Below are positions 1 through 14,277 of a stretch of DNA of 36,430 nt, piece by piece. How positions within the stretch are numbered: position 1 is the stretch's first letter; each line of letters starts with the position of its first letter. A program made the translations under genes and the position numbers. The stretch comes from Nemertoderma westbladi (taxonomy: Eukaryota; Animalia; Xenacoelomorpha). Under the pieces are notes generated by a model, which ran no database searches, was not told where the DNA came from, and saw only the letters and a list, made by a program, of their open reading frames with translations. The stretch lies in NCBI GenBank assembly GCA_032718475.1, contig JAUCBJ010009119.1, positions 1 to 36,430 of the forward strand. Reading direction: 5' to 3'.

Positions 1-3000
1 CTTAAACATTACACGACTACTTAAACATTATACGACTACTTAAACATTATACGACTACTTAAACATTATACGACTACTTAAACATTATACGACTACTTAA
101 ACATTATACGACTACTTAAACATTATACGACTACTTAAACATTATACGACTACTTAAACATTATACGACTACTTAAACATTATACGACTACTTAAACATT
201 ATACGACTACTTAAACATTATACGACTACTTAAACATTATACGACTACTTAAACATTATACGACTATACTTAAACATTATACGACTACTTAAACATTATA
301 CGACTACTTAAACATTATACGACTATACTTAAACATTATACGACTACTTAAACATTATACGACTACTTAAACATTACACGACTACTTAAACATTATACGA
401 CTACTTAAACATTATACGACTACTTAAACATTTATACGACTACTTAAACATTATACGACTACTTAAACATTATACGACTACTTAAACATTACACGACTAC
501 TTAAACATTATACGACTATACTTAAACATTTATACGACTACTTAAACATTATACGACTACTTAAACATTATACGACTACTTAAACATTATACGACTACTT
601 AAACATTATACGACTACTTAAACATTATACGACTACTTAAACATTATACGACTACTTAAACATTATACGACTACTTAAACATTATACGACTACTTAAACA
701 TTATACGACTACTTAAACATTATACGACTACTTAAACATTATACGACTACTTAAACATTATACGACTACTTAAACATTATACGACTACTTAAACATTATA
801 CGACTACTTAAACATTATACGACTACTTAAACATTATACGACTACTTAAACATTATACGACTACTTAAACATTATACGACTACTTAAACATTATACGACT
901 ACTTAAACATTATACGACTACTTAAACATTATACGACTACTTAAACATTATACGACTACTTAAACATTATACGACTACTTAAACATTATACGACTACTTA
1001 AACATTATACGACTACTTAAACATTATACGACTACTTAAACATTATACGACTACTTAAACATTATACGACTACTTAAACATTATACGACTACTTAAACAT
1101 TATACGACTACTTAAACATTATACGACTACTTAAACATTATACGACTACTTAAACATTATACGACTACTTAAACATTATACGACTACTTAAACATTACAC
1201 GACTACTTAAACATTATACGACTACTTAAACATTATACGACTACTTAAACATTATACGACTACTTAAACATTATACGACTACTTAAACATTATACGACTA
1301 CTTAAACATTATACGACTACTTAAACATTATACGACTACTTAAACATTATACGACTACTTAAACATTATACGACTACTTAAACATTATACGACTACTTAA
1401 ACATTATACGACTACTTAAACATTATACGACTACTTAAACATTATACGACTACTTAAACATTATACGACTACTTAAACATTATACGACTACTTAAACATT
1501 ATACGACTACTTAAACATTATACGACTACTTAAACATTATACGACTACTTAAACATTACACGACTACTTAAACATTACACGACTACTTAAACATTATACG
1601 ACTACTTAAACATTATACGACTACTTAAACATTATACGACTACTTAAACATTTATACGACTACTTAAACATTATACGACTACTTAAACATTATACGACTA
1701 CTTAAACATTATACGACTACTTAAACATTATACGACTACTTAAACATTATACGACTACTTAAACATTATACGACTACTTAAACATTATACGACTACTTAA
1801 ACATTATACGACTACTTAAACATTTACACGACTACTTAAACATTACACGACTACTTAAACATTATACGACTACTTAAACATTATACGACTATACTTAAAC
1901 ATTTATACGACTACTTAAACATTATACGACTACTTAAACATTACACGACTACTTAAACATTATACGACTACTTAAACATTTATACGACTACTTAAACATT
2001 ATACGACTACTTAAACATTATACGACTACTTAAACATTACACGACTACTTAAACATTATACGACTACTTAAACATTATACGACTACTTAAACATTATACG
2101 ACTACTTAAACATTATACGACTACTTAAACATTATACGACTACTTAAACATTATACGACTACTTAAACATTATACGACTACTTAAACATTATACGACTAC
2201 TTAAACATTATACGACTACTTAAACATTATACGACTACTTAAACATTATACGACTACTTAAACATTATACGACTACTTAAACATTATACGACTACTTAAA
2301 CATTATACGACTACTTAAACATTATACGACTACTTAAACATTATACGACTACTTAAACATTATACGACTACTTAAACATTATACGACTACTTAAACATTA
2401 TACGACTACTTAAACATTATACGACTACTTAAACATTATACGACTACTTAAACATTATACGACTACTTAAACATTATACGACTACTTAAACATTATACGA
2501 CTACTTAAACATTATACGACTACTTAAACATTATACGACTACTTAAACATTATACGACTACTTAAACATTATACGACTACTTAAACATTATACGACTACT
2601 TAAACATTATACGACTACTTAAACATTATACGACTACTTAAACATTATACGACTACTTAAACATTATACGACTACTTAAACATTATACGACTACTTAAAC
2701 ATTATACGACTACTTAAACATTATACGACTACTTAAACATTATACGACTATACTTAAACATTATACGACTACTTAAACATTATACGACTACTTAAACATT
2801 ATACGACTATACTTAAACATTTATACGACTACTTAAACATTACACGACTTACTTAAACATTACACGACTACTTAAACATTATACGACTACTTAAACATTA
2901 TACGACTACTTAAACATTATACGACTATACTTAAACATTATACGACTACTTAAACATTATACGACTACTTAAACATTATACGACTTACTTAAACATTATA

Positions 3001-6000
3001 CGACTACTTAAACATTATACGACTATACTTAAACATTATACGACTACTTAAACATTATACGACTACTTAAACATTACACGACTACTTAAACATTATACGA
3101 CTACTTAAACATTATACGACTACTTAAACATTATACGACTACTTAAACATTATACGACTACTTAAACATTTATACGACTACTTAAACATTACACGACTAC
3201 TTAAACATTATACGACTACTTAAACATTATACGACTACTTAAACATTATACGACTACTTAAACATTATACGACTACTTAAACATTATACGACTACTTAAA
3301 CATTATACGACTACTTAAACATTATACGACTATACTTAAACATTTATACGACTACTTAAACATTATACGACTACTTAAACATTACACGACTACTTAAACA
3401 TTATACGACTACTTAAACATTACACGACTACTTAAACATTATACGACTACTTAAACATTTATACGACTACTTAAACATTATACGACTACTTAAACATTAT
3501 ACGACTACTTAAACATTATACGACTACTTAAACATTATACGACTATACTTAAACATTATACGACTACTTAAACATTATACGACTACTTAAACATTACACG
3601 ACTACTTAAACATTATACGACTACTTAAACATTATACGACTACTTAAACATTATACGACTACTTAAACATTATACGACTACTTAAACATTACACGACTAC
3701 TTAAACATTACACGACTACTTAAACATTATACGACTACTTAAACATTATACGACTACTTAAACATTATACGACTACTTAAACATTATACGACTACTTAAA
3801 CATTATACGACTACTTAAACATTATACGACTACTTAAACATTATACGACTACTTAAACATTATACGACTACTTAAACATTATACGACTACTTAAACATTA
3901 TACGACTACTTAAACATTATACGACTACTTAAACATTATACGACTACTTAAACATTATACGACTACTTAAACATTATACGACTACTTAAACATTATACGA
4001 CTACTTAAACATTATACGACTACTTAAACATTATACGACTACTTAAACATTATACGACTACTTAAACATTATACGACTACTTAAACATTATACGACTACT
4101 TAAACATTATACGACTACTTAAACATTATACGACTACTTAAACATTATACGACTACTTAAACATTATACGACTACTTAAACATTATACGACTACTTAAAC
4201 ATTATACGACTACTTAAACATTATACGACTACTTAAACATTATACGACTACTTAAACATTATACGACTACTTAAACATTATACGACTACTTAAACATTAT
4301 ACGACTACTTAAACATTATACGACTACTTAAACATTATACGACTACTTAAACATTATACGACTATACTTAAACATTTATACGACTACTTAAACATTATAC
4401 GACTACTTAAACATTATACGACTACTTAAACATTATACGACTACTTAAACATTATACGACTACTTAAACATTATACGACTACTTAAACATTATACGACTA
4501 CTTAAACATTATACGACTACTTAAACATTATACGACTACTTAAACATTATACGACTACTTAAACATTATACGACTACTTAAACATTATACGACTACTTAA
4601 ACATTATACGACTACTTAAACATTATACGACTACTTAAACATTATACGACTATACTTAAACATTTATACGACTACTTAAACATTATACGACTACTTAAAC
4701 ATTATACGACTACTTAAACATTATACGACTACTTAAACATTATACGACTACTTAAACATTATACGACTACTTAAACATTATACGACTACTTAAACATTAT
4801 ACGACTACTTAAACATTATACGACTACTTAAACATTATACGACTACTTAAACATTATACGACTACTTAAACATTATACGACTACTTAAACATTATACGAC
4901 TACTTAAACATTATACGACTACTTAAACATTATACGACTACTTAAACATTATACGACTACTTAAACATTATACGACTACTTAAACATTATACGACTACTT
5001 AAACATTATACGACTACTTAAACATTATACGACTACTTAAACATTATACGACTACTTAAACATTATACGACTATACTTAAACATTATACGACTACTTAAA
5101 CATTATACGACTACTTAAACATTATACGACTACTTAAACATTATACGACTACTTAAACATTATACGACTACTTAAACATTATACGACTACTTAAACATTT
5201 ATACGACTACTTAAACATTATACGACTACTTAAACATTATACGACTACTTAAACATTATACGACTATACTTAAACATTATACGACTACTTAAACATTATA
5301 CGACTACTTAAACATTATACGACTACTTAAACATTATACGACTACTTAAACATTATACGACTACTTAAACATTATACGACTACTTAAACATTATACGACT
5401 ACTTAAACATTATACGACTACTTAAACATTATACGACTACTTAAACATTATACGACTACTTAAACATTATACGACTACTTAAACATTATACGACTACTTA
5501 AACATTATACGACTACTTAAACATTATACGACTACTTAAACATTATACGACTACTTAAACATTATACGACTACTTAAACATTATACGACTACTTAAACAT
5601 TATACGACTACTTAAACATTATACGACTACTTAAACATTATACGACTACTTAAACATTATACGACTACTTAAACATTATACGACTACTTAAACATTATAC
5701 GACTACTTAAACATTATACGACTACTTAAACATTATACGACTACTTAAACATTACACGACTACTTAAACATTATACGACTACTTAAACATTTATACGACT
5801 ACTTAAACATTATACGACTACTTAAACATTATACGACTACTTAAACATTTATACGACTACTTAAACATTATACGACTACTTAAACATTATACGACTACTT
5901 AAACATTATACGACTACTTAAACATTATACGACTACTTAAACATTATACGACTACTTAAACATTATACGACTACTTAAACATTATACGACTACTTAAACA

Positions 6001-9000
6001 TTATACGACTACTTAAACATTATACGACTACTTAAACATTATACGACTACTTAAACATTTATACGACTACTTAAACATTATACGACTACTTAAACATTTA
6101 TACGACTACTTAAACATTATACGACTACTTAAACATTATACGACTACTTAAACATTATACGACTACTTAAACATTATACGACTACTTAAACATTATACGA
6201 CTACTTAAACATTATACGACTACTTAAACATTATACGACTACTTAAACATTATACGACTACTTAAACATTATACGACTACTTAAACATTATACGACTACT
6301 TAAACATTATACGACTACTTAAACATTATACGACTACTTAAACATTATACGACTACTTAAACATTATACGACTACTTAAACATTATACGACTACTTAAAC
6401 ATTATACGACTACTTAAACATTATACGACTACTTAAACATTTATACGACTACTTAAACATTATACGACTACTTAAACATTATACGACTACTTAAACATTA
6501 TACGACTACTTAAACATTATACGACTACTTAAACATTATACGACTACTTAAACATTATACGACTACTTAAACATTTATACGACTACTTAAACATTATACG
6601 ACTACTTAAACATTATACGACTACTTAAACATTATACGACTACTTAAACATTATACGACTACTTAAACATTATACGACTACTTAAACATTATACGACTAC
6701 TTAAACATTATACGACTATACTTAAACATTATACGACTACTTAAACATTATACGACTACTTAAACATTATACGACTATACTTAAACATTTATACGACTAC
6801 TTAAACATTATACGACTACTTAAACATTATACGACTATACTTAAACATTTATACGACTACTTAAACATTATACGACTACTTAAACATTATACGACTATAC
6901 TTAAACATTATACGACTACTTAAACATTTATACGACTACTTAAACATTATACGACTACTTAAACATTTATACGACTACTTAAACATTATACGACTACTTA
7001 AACATTATACGACTACTTAAACATTATACGACTACTTAAACATTATACGACTACTTAAACATTATACGACTACTTAAACATTACACGACTACTTAAACAT
7101 TATACGACTATACTTAAACATTATACGACTACTTAAACATTATACGACTACTTAAACATTATACGACTATACTTAAACATTTATACGACTACTTAAACAT
7201 TATACGACTACTTAAACATTTATACGACTACTTAAACATTATACGACTACTTAAACATTATACAACTACTTAAACATTATACGACTACTTAAACATTTAT
7301 ACGACTACTTAAACATTTATACGACTACTTAAACATTATACGACTACTTAAACATTATACGACTACTTAAACATTATACGACTATACTTAAACATTTATA
7401 CGACTACTTAAACATTATACGACTACTTAAACATTTATACGACTACTTAAACATTATACGACTACTTAAACATTATACAACTACTTAAACATTATACGAC
7501 TACTTAAACATTTATACGACTACTTAAACATTTATACGACTACTTAAACATTATACGACTACTTAAACATTATACGACTACTTAAACATTTATACGACTA
7601 CTTAAACATTATACGACTACTTAAACATTATACGACTACTTAAACATTATACGACTACTTAAACATTACACGACTACTTAAACATTATACGACTACTTAA
7701 ACATTTATACGACTACTTAAACATTATACGACTACTTAAACATTATACGACTATACTTAAACATTATACGACTACTTAAACATTATACGACTACTTAAAC
7801 ATTATACGACTATACTTAAACATTTATACGACTACTTAAACATTATACGACTACTTAAACATTTATACGACTACTTAAACATTACACGACTACTTAAACA
7901 TTATACGACTACTTAAACATTATACGACTACTTAAACATTATACGACTATACTTAAACATTTATACGACTACTTAAACATTATACGACTACTTAAACATT
8001 ATACGACTACTTAAACATTATACGACTACTTAAACATTTATACGACTACTTAAACATTATACGACTACTTAAACATTATACGACTACTTAAACATTATAC
8101 GACTACTTAAACATTATACGACTACTTAAACATTTATACGACTACTTAAACATTATACAACTACTTAAACATTATACGACTACTTAAACATTATACGACT
8201 ACTTAAACATTATACGACTACTTAAACATTATACGACTACTTAAACATTATACGACTACTTAAACATTATACGCTACTTAAACATTATACGCTACTTAAA
8301 CATTATACGACTACTTAAACATTATACGACTACTTAAACATTTATACGACTACTTAAACATTATACGCTACTTAAACATTATACGCTACTTAAACATTAT
8401 ACGACTACTTAAACATTATACGACTACTTAAACATTATACGACTACTTAAACATTACACGACTACTTAAACATTATACGACTACTTAAACATTATACGAC
8501 TACTTAAACATTTATACGACTACTTAAACATTATACAACTACTTAAACATTATACGACTACTTAAACATTATACGACTACTTAAACATTACACGACTACT
8601 TAAACATTATACGACTACTTAAACATTTATACGACTATACTTAAACATTATACGACTACTTAAACATTTATACGACTACTTAAACATTATACAACTACTT
8701 AAACATTATACGACTACTTAAACATTATACGACTACTTAAACATTACACGACTACTTAAACATTATACGACTACTTAAACATTATACGACTACTTAAACA
8801 TTTATACGACTATACTTAAACATTATACGACTACTTAAACATTTATACGACTATACTTAAACATTATACGACTACTTAAACATTATACAACTACTTAAAC
8901 ATTACACGACTACTTAAACATTATACGACTACTTAAACATTATACGACTACTTAAACATTTATACGACTATACTTAAACATTATACGACTACTTAAACAT

Positions 9001-10067
9001 TATACGACTACTTAAACATTATACGACTACTTAAACATTATACGACTACTTAAACATTATACGACTACTTAAACATTATACGACTACTTAAACATTATAC
9101 GACTACTTAAACATTTATACGACTATACTTAAACATTATACGACTACTTAAACATTTATACGACTATACTTAAACATTATACGACTACTTAAACATTATA
9201 CGACTACTTAAACATTATACGACTACTTAAACATTATACGACTACTTAAACATTATACGACTACTTAAACATTATACGACTACTTAAACATTATACGACT
9301 ACTTAAACATTTATACGACTACTTAAACATTATACGACTACTTAAACATTTATACGACTATACTTAAACATTATACGACTACTTAAACATTATACGACTA
9401 CTTAAACATTATACGACTACTTAAACATTTATACGACTATACTTAAACATTATACGACTACTTAAACATTTATACGACTACTTAAACATTATACAACTAC
9501 TTAAACATTACACGACTACTTAAACATTATACGACTACTTAAACATTTATACGACTACTTAAACATTATACAACTACTTAAACATTACACGACTACTTAA
9601 ACATTATACGACTACTTAAACATTATACGACTACTTAAACATTTATACGACTATACTTAAACATTATACGACTACTTAAACATTATACGACTACTTAAAC
9701 ATTATACGACTACTTAAACATTATACGACTACTTAAACATTATACGACTACTTAAACATTATACGACTACTTAAACATTATACGACTACTTAAACATTAT
9801 ACGACTACTTAAACATTATACGACTACTTAAACATTATACGACTACTTAAACATTATACGACTACTTAAACATTTATACGACTACTTAAACATTATACGA
9901 CTACTTAAACATTATACGACTACTTAAACATTATACGACTACTTAAACATTATACGACTACTTAAACATTATATGACTACTTAAACATTATACGACTACT
10001 TAAAAACATTTATACGACTACTTAAACATTATACGACTACTTAAACATTTATACGACTACTTAAACA
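1..10067. repeat. 19-bp tandem array (CTTAAACATTATACGACTA)n, roughly 520-530 units; candidate telomeric repeat or minisatellite
   Basis: Head-to-tail units with no spacers from base 1 to ...TTAAACA at 10067. Recurrent variants: TACAC for TATAC, +T (CATTTATA), +TA (GACTATACTT), CAA for CGA, -A (ACGCTA). Confidence refers to the array, not to the telomere interpretation. Confidence 0.98.
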
Positions 10068-10125
10068 ATTAAACTAACTTATTATTTTGAGAGACACGGG
10101 GGGAATGTAACTGGACGGAAATCCC

Positions 10126-10338
10126 ATCTCTGTAAATTAATATTCCGCCTGAATGTTAAATTATCAATTTAGGGCAAGGAGCAGGTTACAGTGACACGTT
10201 ATTCTAACCAAAACAATTAACTAAAGTCAATATATCAGGTTATAGTTTATATTTGGGGGTAATCAGCTGTTATATACACCGAATTTCCCTGAGAGGGATT
10301 AAATTTTATTGCGTCGAACCCCCCCCCCCCCCCCCCCC
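10126..10338 (+). repeat. Dispersed repeat, copy 1 (unclassified, ends in poly-C)
   Basis: Aligns by eye to 14065-14277, e.g. CAATTTAGGG(C/A)AAGGAGCAGGTTACAGTG(A/G)CACGTTATT, CAATATATCAGGTTA, GTAATCAGCTGTTAT, TTATTGCGTC then poly-C. Confidence 0.8.
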
Positions 10339-10395
10339 GGGCGCAATTTCCTAATTACCGGTAATGTAACTTTTTGAAGGCTTTTTCAAGGCTTT

Positions 10396-10535
10396 GCAAA
10401 GTCCGCAATGACGTCCAGGTGGGATCGAACTCTTCGGGTTGGCTGACCCGACCCTCTAACCATTCAGCTTGCGGCTCAGCTAAAAGATAGACCTGGAAAT
10501 TCTATCTGATACCTTGTATGCAATTTACCTCCTCA
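10396..10535 (-). mobile_element. tRNA-derived SINE-like repeat, degenerate copy
   Basis: Shares GACGTCCAGGTGGGATCGAACT, CTCTAACCATTCAGCT, GCGGCTCAG and CTGATACCTTGTATG with 19416-19564; B box GTTCGATCC on the - strand. Confidence 0.65.
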
Positions 10536-10648
10536 CGGCATCCCTTCTGTTAATCAAGGACAGGATACGATACGATACGATACGAAAACGGATTTTCGTA
10601 TTTCGTATCGCAGTATTTATTAGTACCGGTATCGAATTTCGTATCGTA

Positions 10649-11663
10649 TAGAGTTGAAACAGAGACCTGTATTTCTTAATCCCGGTAAACCAGAGACCTA
10701 CCCGGATAATTATTTAGAAAAATACCGGAGACCAGAGCCAGAGATCAGAGACTTTGCTTATTTTTCTACTTACAATTTGATTACTCCCCTATAGCACAAA
10801 CAGGTACATACGGCCTTAGAACTATTTTTCTATGGTTCAATTAGAGTAAAGTAAATCCAACCCATTTCAACCCTTATATACCCATTGTAAGAAAATAAGC
10901 GCACGTACAGTTTGGGGGGCTTAATTAATATTAATTAATATTATTTTGGTTATTTGTTTATTAATTCGTGCTTATTTTGTTGTTAATAATATGTTACATT
11001 AATTTGTTTTGCGCCATAGGTACCGGTACTTTGTTAATTAAAGGCACTTATTTTACAATTGTTCAAATCATAAACATTTCAATGTACTATAAACTTGGTT
11101 ATTTACGAATACTTAGTGCACAGGTATAGTGCTCTACTCGCCCCATTTACAAGCCTCGTTACGCTCGTTCTCTCCATTTGGTCGTCATATTATCTATCCT
11201 ATAACAAGTTGAATGGAGATCAGCCCTTTCTTTCAATTTTAAACATTGAGTGCTCAAATTAAGCAACCTTATCCTTAAATAAGAACCATCTTTAGGTGCT
11301 AATTTAACTTAAAATTAAACGAAACTTAAATTAATTAATAAGAAGATTATCGGTACATTTATTAGAAATAGAAATAGTGTAAAAGTGAATATATTATAAT
11401 TGTGTTGAAGTGGTGTATGAAAAATAGTTAAAAATTAAAGAATTAATTAATTGTAAAAAATTTGTGAAAAATTATCTTCATTTCACATTTTGTGTTGTAC
11501 AGGATCTATTTTTAAATATCTATTTCTAATTTGTAAAATCACTGATCTCTGGGTAAAATGTCTGTTTTCAATACCCGGGAACCAGAGACCTATCCGGAGA
11601 CCAAAAAATAGCCCGGAGAATCCAGAGAACAGAGATCAGTGACAGGTCTCTGTTACAACTCTA
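10649..11663. mobile_element. Non-autonomous hAT-like DNA transposon (MITE), 1015 bp
   Basis: 22-bp TIRs TAGAGTTG(A/T)AACAGAGACCTGT (10649-10670 and 11642-11663, one mismatch); 8-bp TSD GTATCGTA/TTATCGTA; CCAGAGACC and CCGGAGA subterminal repeats at both ends; no ORF. Confidence 0.85.
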
Positions 11664-12531
11664 TTATCGTATCAAAAAATGGACTTCGTATCGTATAATA
11701 CGAATAAATATTTTTCGTATTTTCGTTTCTAATTATTTTATAAATCATTAATATTTTAAACAGAGATAACCAAAAAGATAAACACAACACAACATTAATA
11801 TTTACAATATTTTCACAAAATTGTTGTATAAATTAGGTTACAGCTTACAATTTTATTATGTCAATATAATTTGTAAGACAGGAGGATCGTTATCGTTAAT
11901 CACATTGTAATTAACTGTAGAATAATTATAAAAATACCACTGAAATATAATCGAATTTAAATAAAGATTTTAGGATAACTAATCGCGCCTACAAGGCATC
12001 TGATGTTGTTATAAAAGCATTTGTGAGAGAATAAGAGAAATTAAACATATAGTTTTATTCTAGTACAGTATTCTATTCGTTTAACTCAGAACTCTGAAGT
12101 TTTTAATGTTATTCTATATCGGTAACATCAAATTCATATATAATTGTATCAATAAATGCAGTACCGGTAGTAAAAGTTTCAGTTTTGGCGCTAAATGCGG
12201 CGCCAACGCCATCGCACATGGCAGTGGCGCCATTATTGATGACGCTGGCAGCGCCATCGAGATTTCTCCGAGATTCGCCATGAATTTTCTCTGATAACAA
12301 TAGTTTTATAGTTATAGTTAGTTCATTTATTGACAGTTAAAACAAAACAAAATTACAAAAAGCAATAAAAGCACCATAAGGACTGTCCATCGTATTGTCG
12401 TACATAAACGACAAAGTAAGGCATTTATTAACGGTAGATATAAATAAGTCTATATGTATATAAGTAACTATGTATTTATGATTGGAAATATAAACTAATG
12501 ATTTCCGCCCCACACAGTAATTCTAATCGAT

Positions 12532-12873
12532 CAGGATTGCCACTATTATAGTTCAGTTTCAATTTTCCCTGACTTTTTGAAAATATTCCCTGACTGCAGG
12601 TACAACAACATTTTTTATAGAATATAGTATACTTGTATTATTGGCAGCTTTATTATATTCCAAACAATGTAACGAGTTAAGCGATTAGAGTGGACCCTGT
12701 CGACCTATATATTTAGTGATGTGAGGAAATTTAATGACGAGCGAAGCGAGCAGAGAATATTTTACACATTTTCGCTTATTTCACATTCCCTGACTTTTCC
12801 CCGATTTGTCCCATTTTTACTAGAATTCCCTGACATTTATAAAATTGACTATTCCAGGTTAGTGGCAACCCTG
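12532..12873. mobile_element. hAT-like MITE, 342 bp
   Basis: TIRs CAGGATTGCCACTA / TAGTGGCAACCCTG (13/14 match); TTCCCTGAC subterminal motif four times; no clear TSD. Confidence 0.7.
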
Positions 12874-13589
12874 TCGAGGATACTTAGGGGGCGTTCATAA
12901 AGTATGTCACGCACAAGGGGGGAGGGGGACTTTTGTGACGGTCACGGCGATGTTCTACGGTATGTTTTAATGTTAGATTGTCTTTGACTAACACATTTGT
13001 AGATGAGTGGGAAACTTTAAGGAAAAAACAATAAACTCAATAACATTGAATTTAATCCCTAACAGTAACAGGGCACCCCTGTCTAGTCTGCCTTGTACAT
13101 GTACAACCTGTACAGTACTGTAGTTTGAAGCTGCTAAAGTATGTATAGGCTTTTAGTAAGAACTACTTCAGTCAAAATGTTTCACTTTCTATTGTGCTTT
13201 CTAACTGTTATTAAATTATTGAAATAAAATATTTAAGGGGGGGGGGGGGGGGTATAATATATATATAAAATAAAACTATAAATAAAACTTTAAATAAAAA
13301 ATAGAGAATAAAAAATATATATAAATAAAAAATAACACCCCGCTTGTTTACTGTTGTTGTATCGGTATTAAAAAATATTTACTTATTTTACGGAATAAAC
13401 GTGATGGGTGGAAATTTTTTGAAAACTTAGGCCTACTTACTTAACATACAGTATAGGCGTACAGGTACAGTAGTACCAACGGCTACCGGTGGTATACTCG
13501 GTACACGGATTGGGTTTTCTTTCAATTTCAACTCTCAATTATTATGGGAACAAACGGTAATTTACTCATAATTAGCAAGTCGTAAAACT

Positions 13590-13874
13590 TGATTACTGTA
13601 AGAATTGTTCGCTGACTGGCTGGCTGACTGATTGACTGACCTACAGCCAAAACTTGATTTTGATGAAATTTTCACAGCATCTAGATACCGCGATTCTAAG
13701 GTCCCTGGTATGATCGGCTACTCCGTCCATAGCCTCTGGGCTCGAAAAATAGAGATAAACAAAAAAACGCCATAGGCGCAATGGTAAAATAACACCAATG
13801 ACAGCTTGTTGATGGAATTTACATTTGATTGATGACTTCCGACTTACTTAACGGCGTCTTGACGCCGTCTCTAG
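13590..13874 (+). mobile_element. Non-autonomous Helitron/Helentron-like element, 3' part (5' boundary uncertain)
   Basis: GC-rich hairpin ACGGCGTC-TT-GACGCCGT (13851-13868) followed by CTAG then T; internal (CTGA/CTGG)n microsatellite near 13612-13640. Confidence 0.55.
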
Positions 13875-14064
13875 TAAAGAATGTACTAAATTTTTAAAAA
13901 AAAATTAATACTCCGGGTGTCTGGAACTGGAATAAGAGAATTTTGGGTGGATTTTATTTCAAAAATTAATAGCCGTGTCGCCGTTTCTATATATCGGACT
14001 CCAGGGTACATAGAGAAAAAAGTATTAAAATAAAAATAGATTCCCCCACAGAAGACTCAATCCA

Positions 14065-14277
14065 ATCTCGGCGATATAATATCCGCCTCACCTCAATGTT
14101 AAATTCTCAATTTAGGGAAAGGAGCAGGTTACAGTGGCACGTTATTTTTACCAAAACAGAAAACTAAACGCAATATATCAGGTTACAGTTTTATTTTTGA
14201 GAGTAATCAGCTGTTATTTGCGTCGAATTTTCCCTGGAGAGGGAGGAGTTGTTATTGCGTCCAGTCCCCCCCCCCCT
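14065..14277 (+). repeat. Dispersed repeat, copy 2
   Basis: Diverged direct copy of 10126-10338. Confidence 0.8.

Noticed and set aside
1-10067. CRISPR array or coding repeat
   Set aside because: No spacers, eukaryotic context, and the 19-bp period brings stop codons into all frames.
12106-12300. Overlapping 62-63-aa ORFs in a GGCGC-rich patch
   Set aside because: No EB1 C-terminal or other recognisable motif; probably a TE fragment.
12886-12950. MITE-like terminus TAGGGGGCGTTCATAAAGTATGTCACGC
   Set aside because: No matching second end or TSD found.
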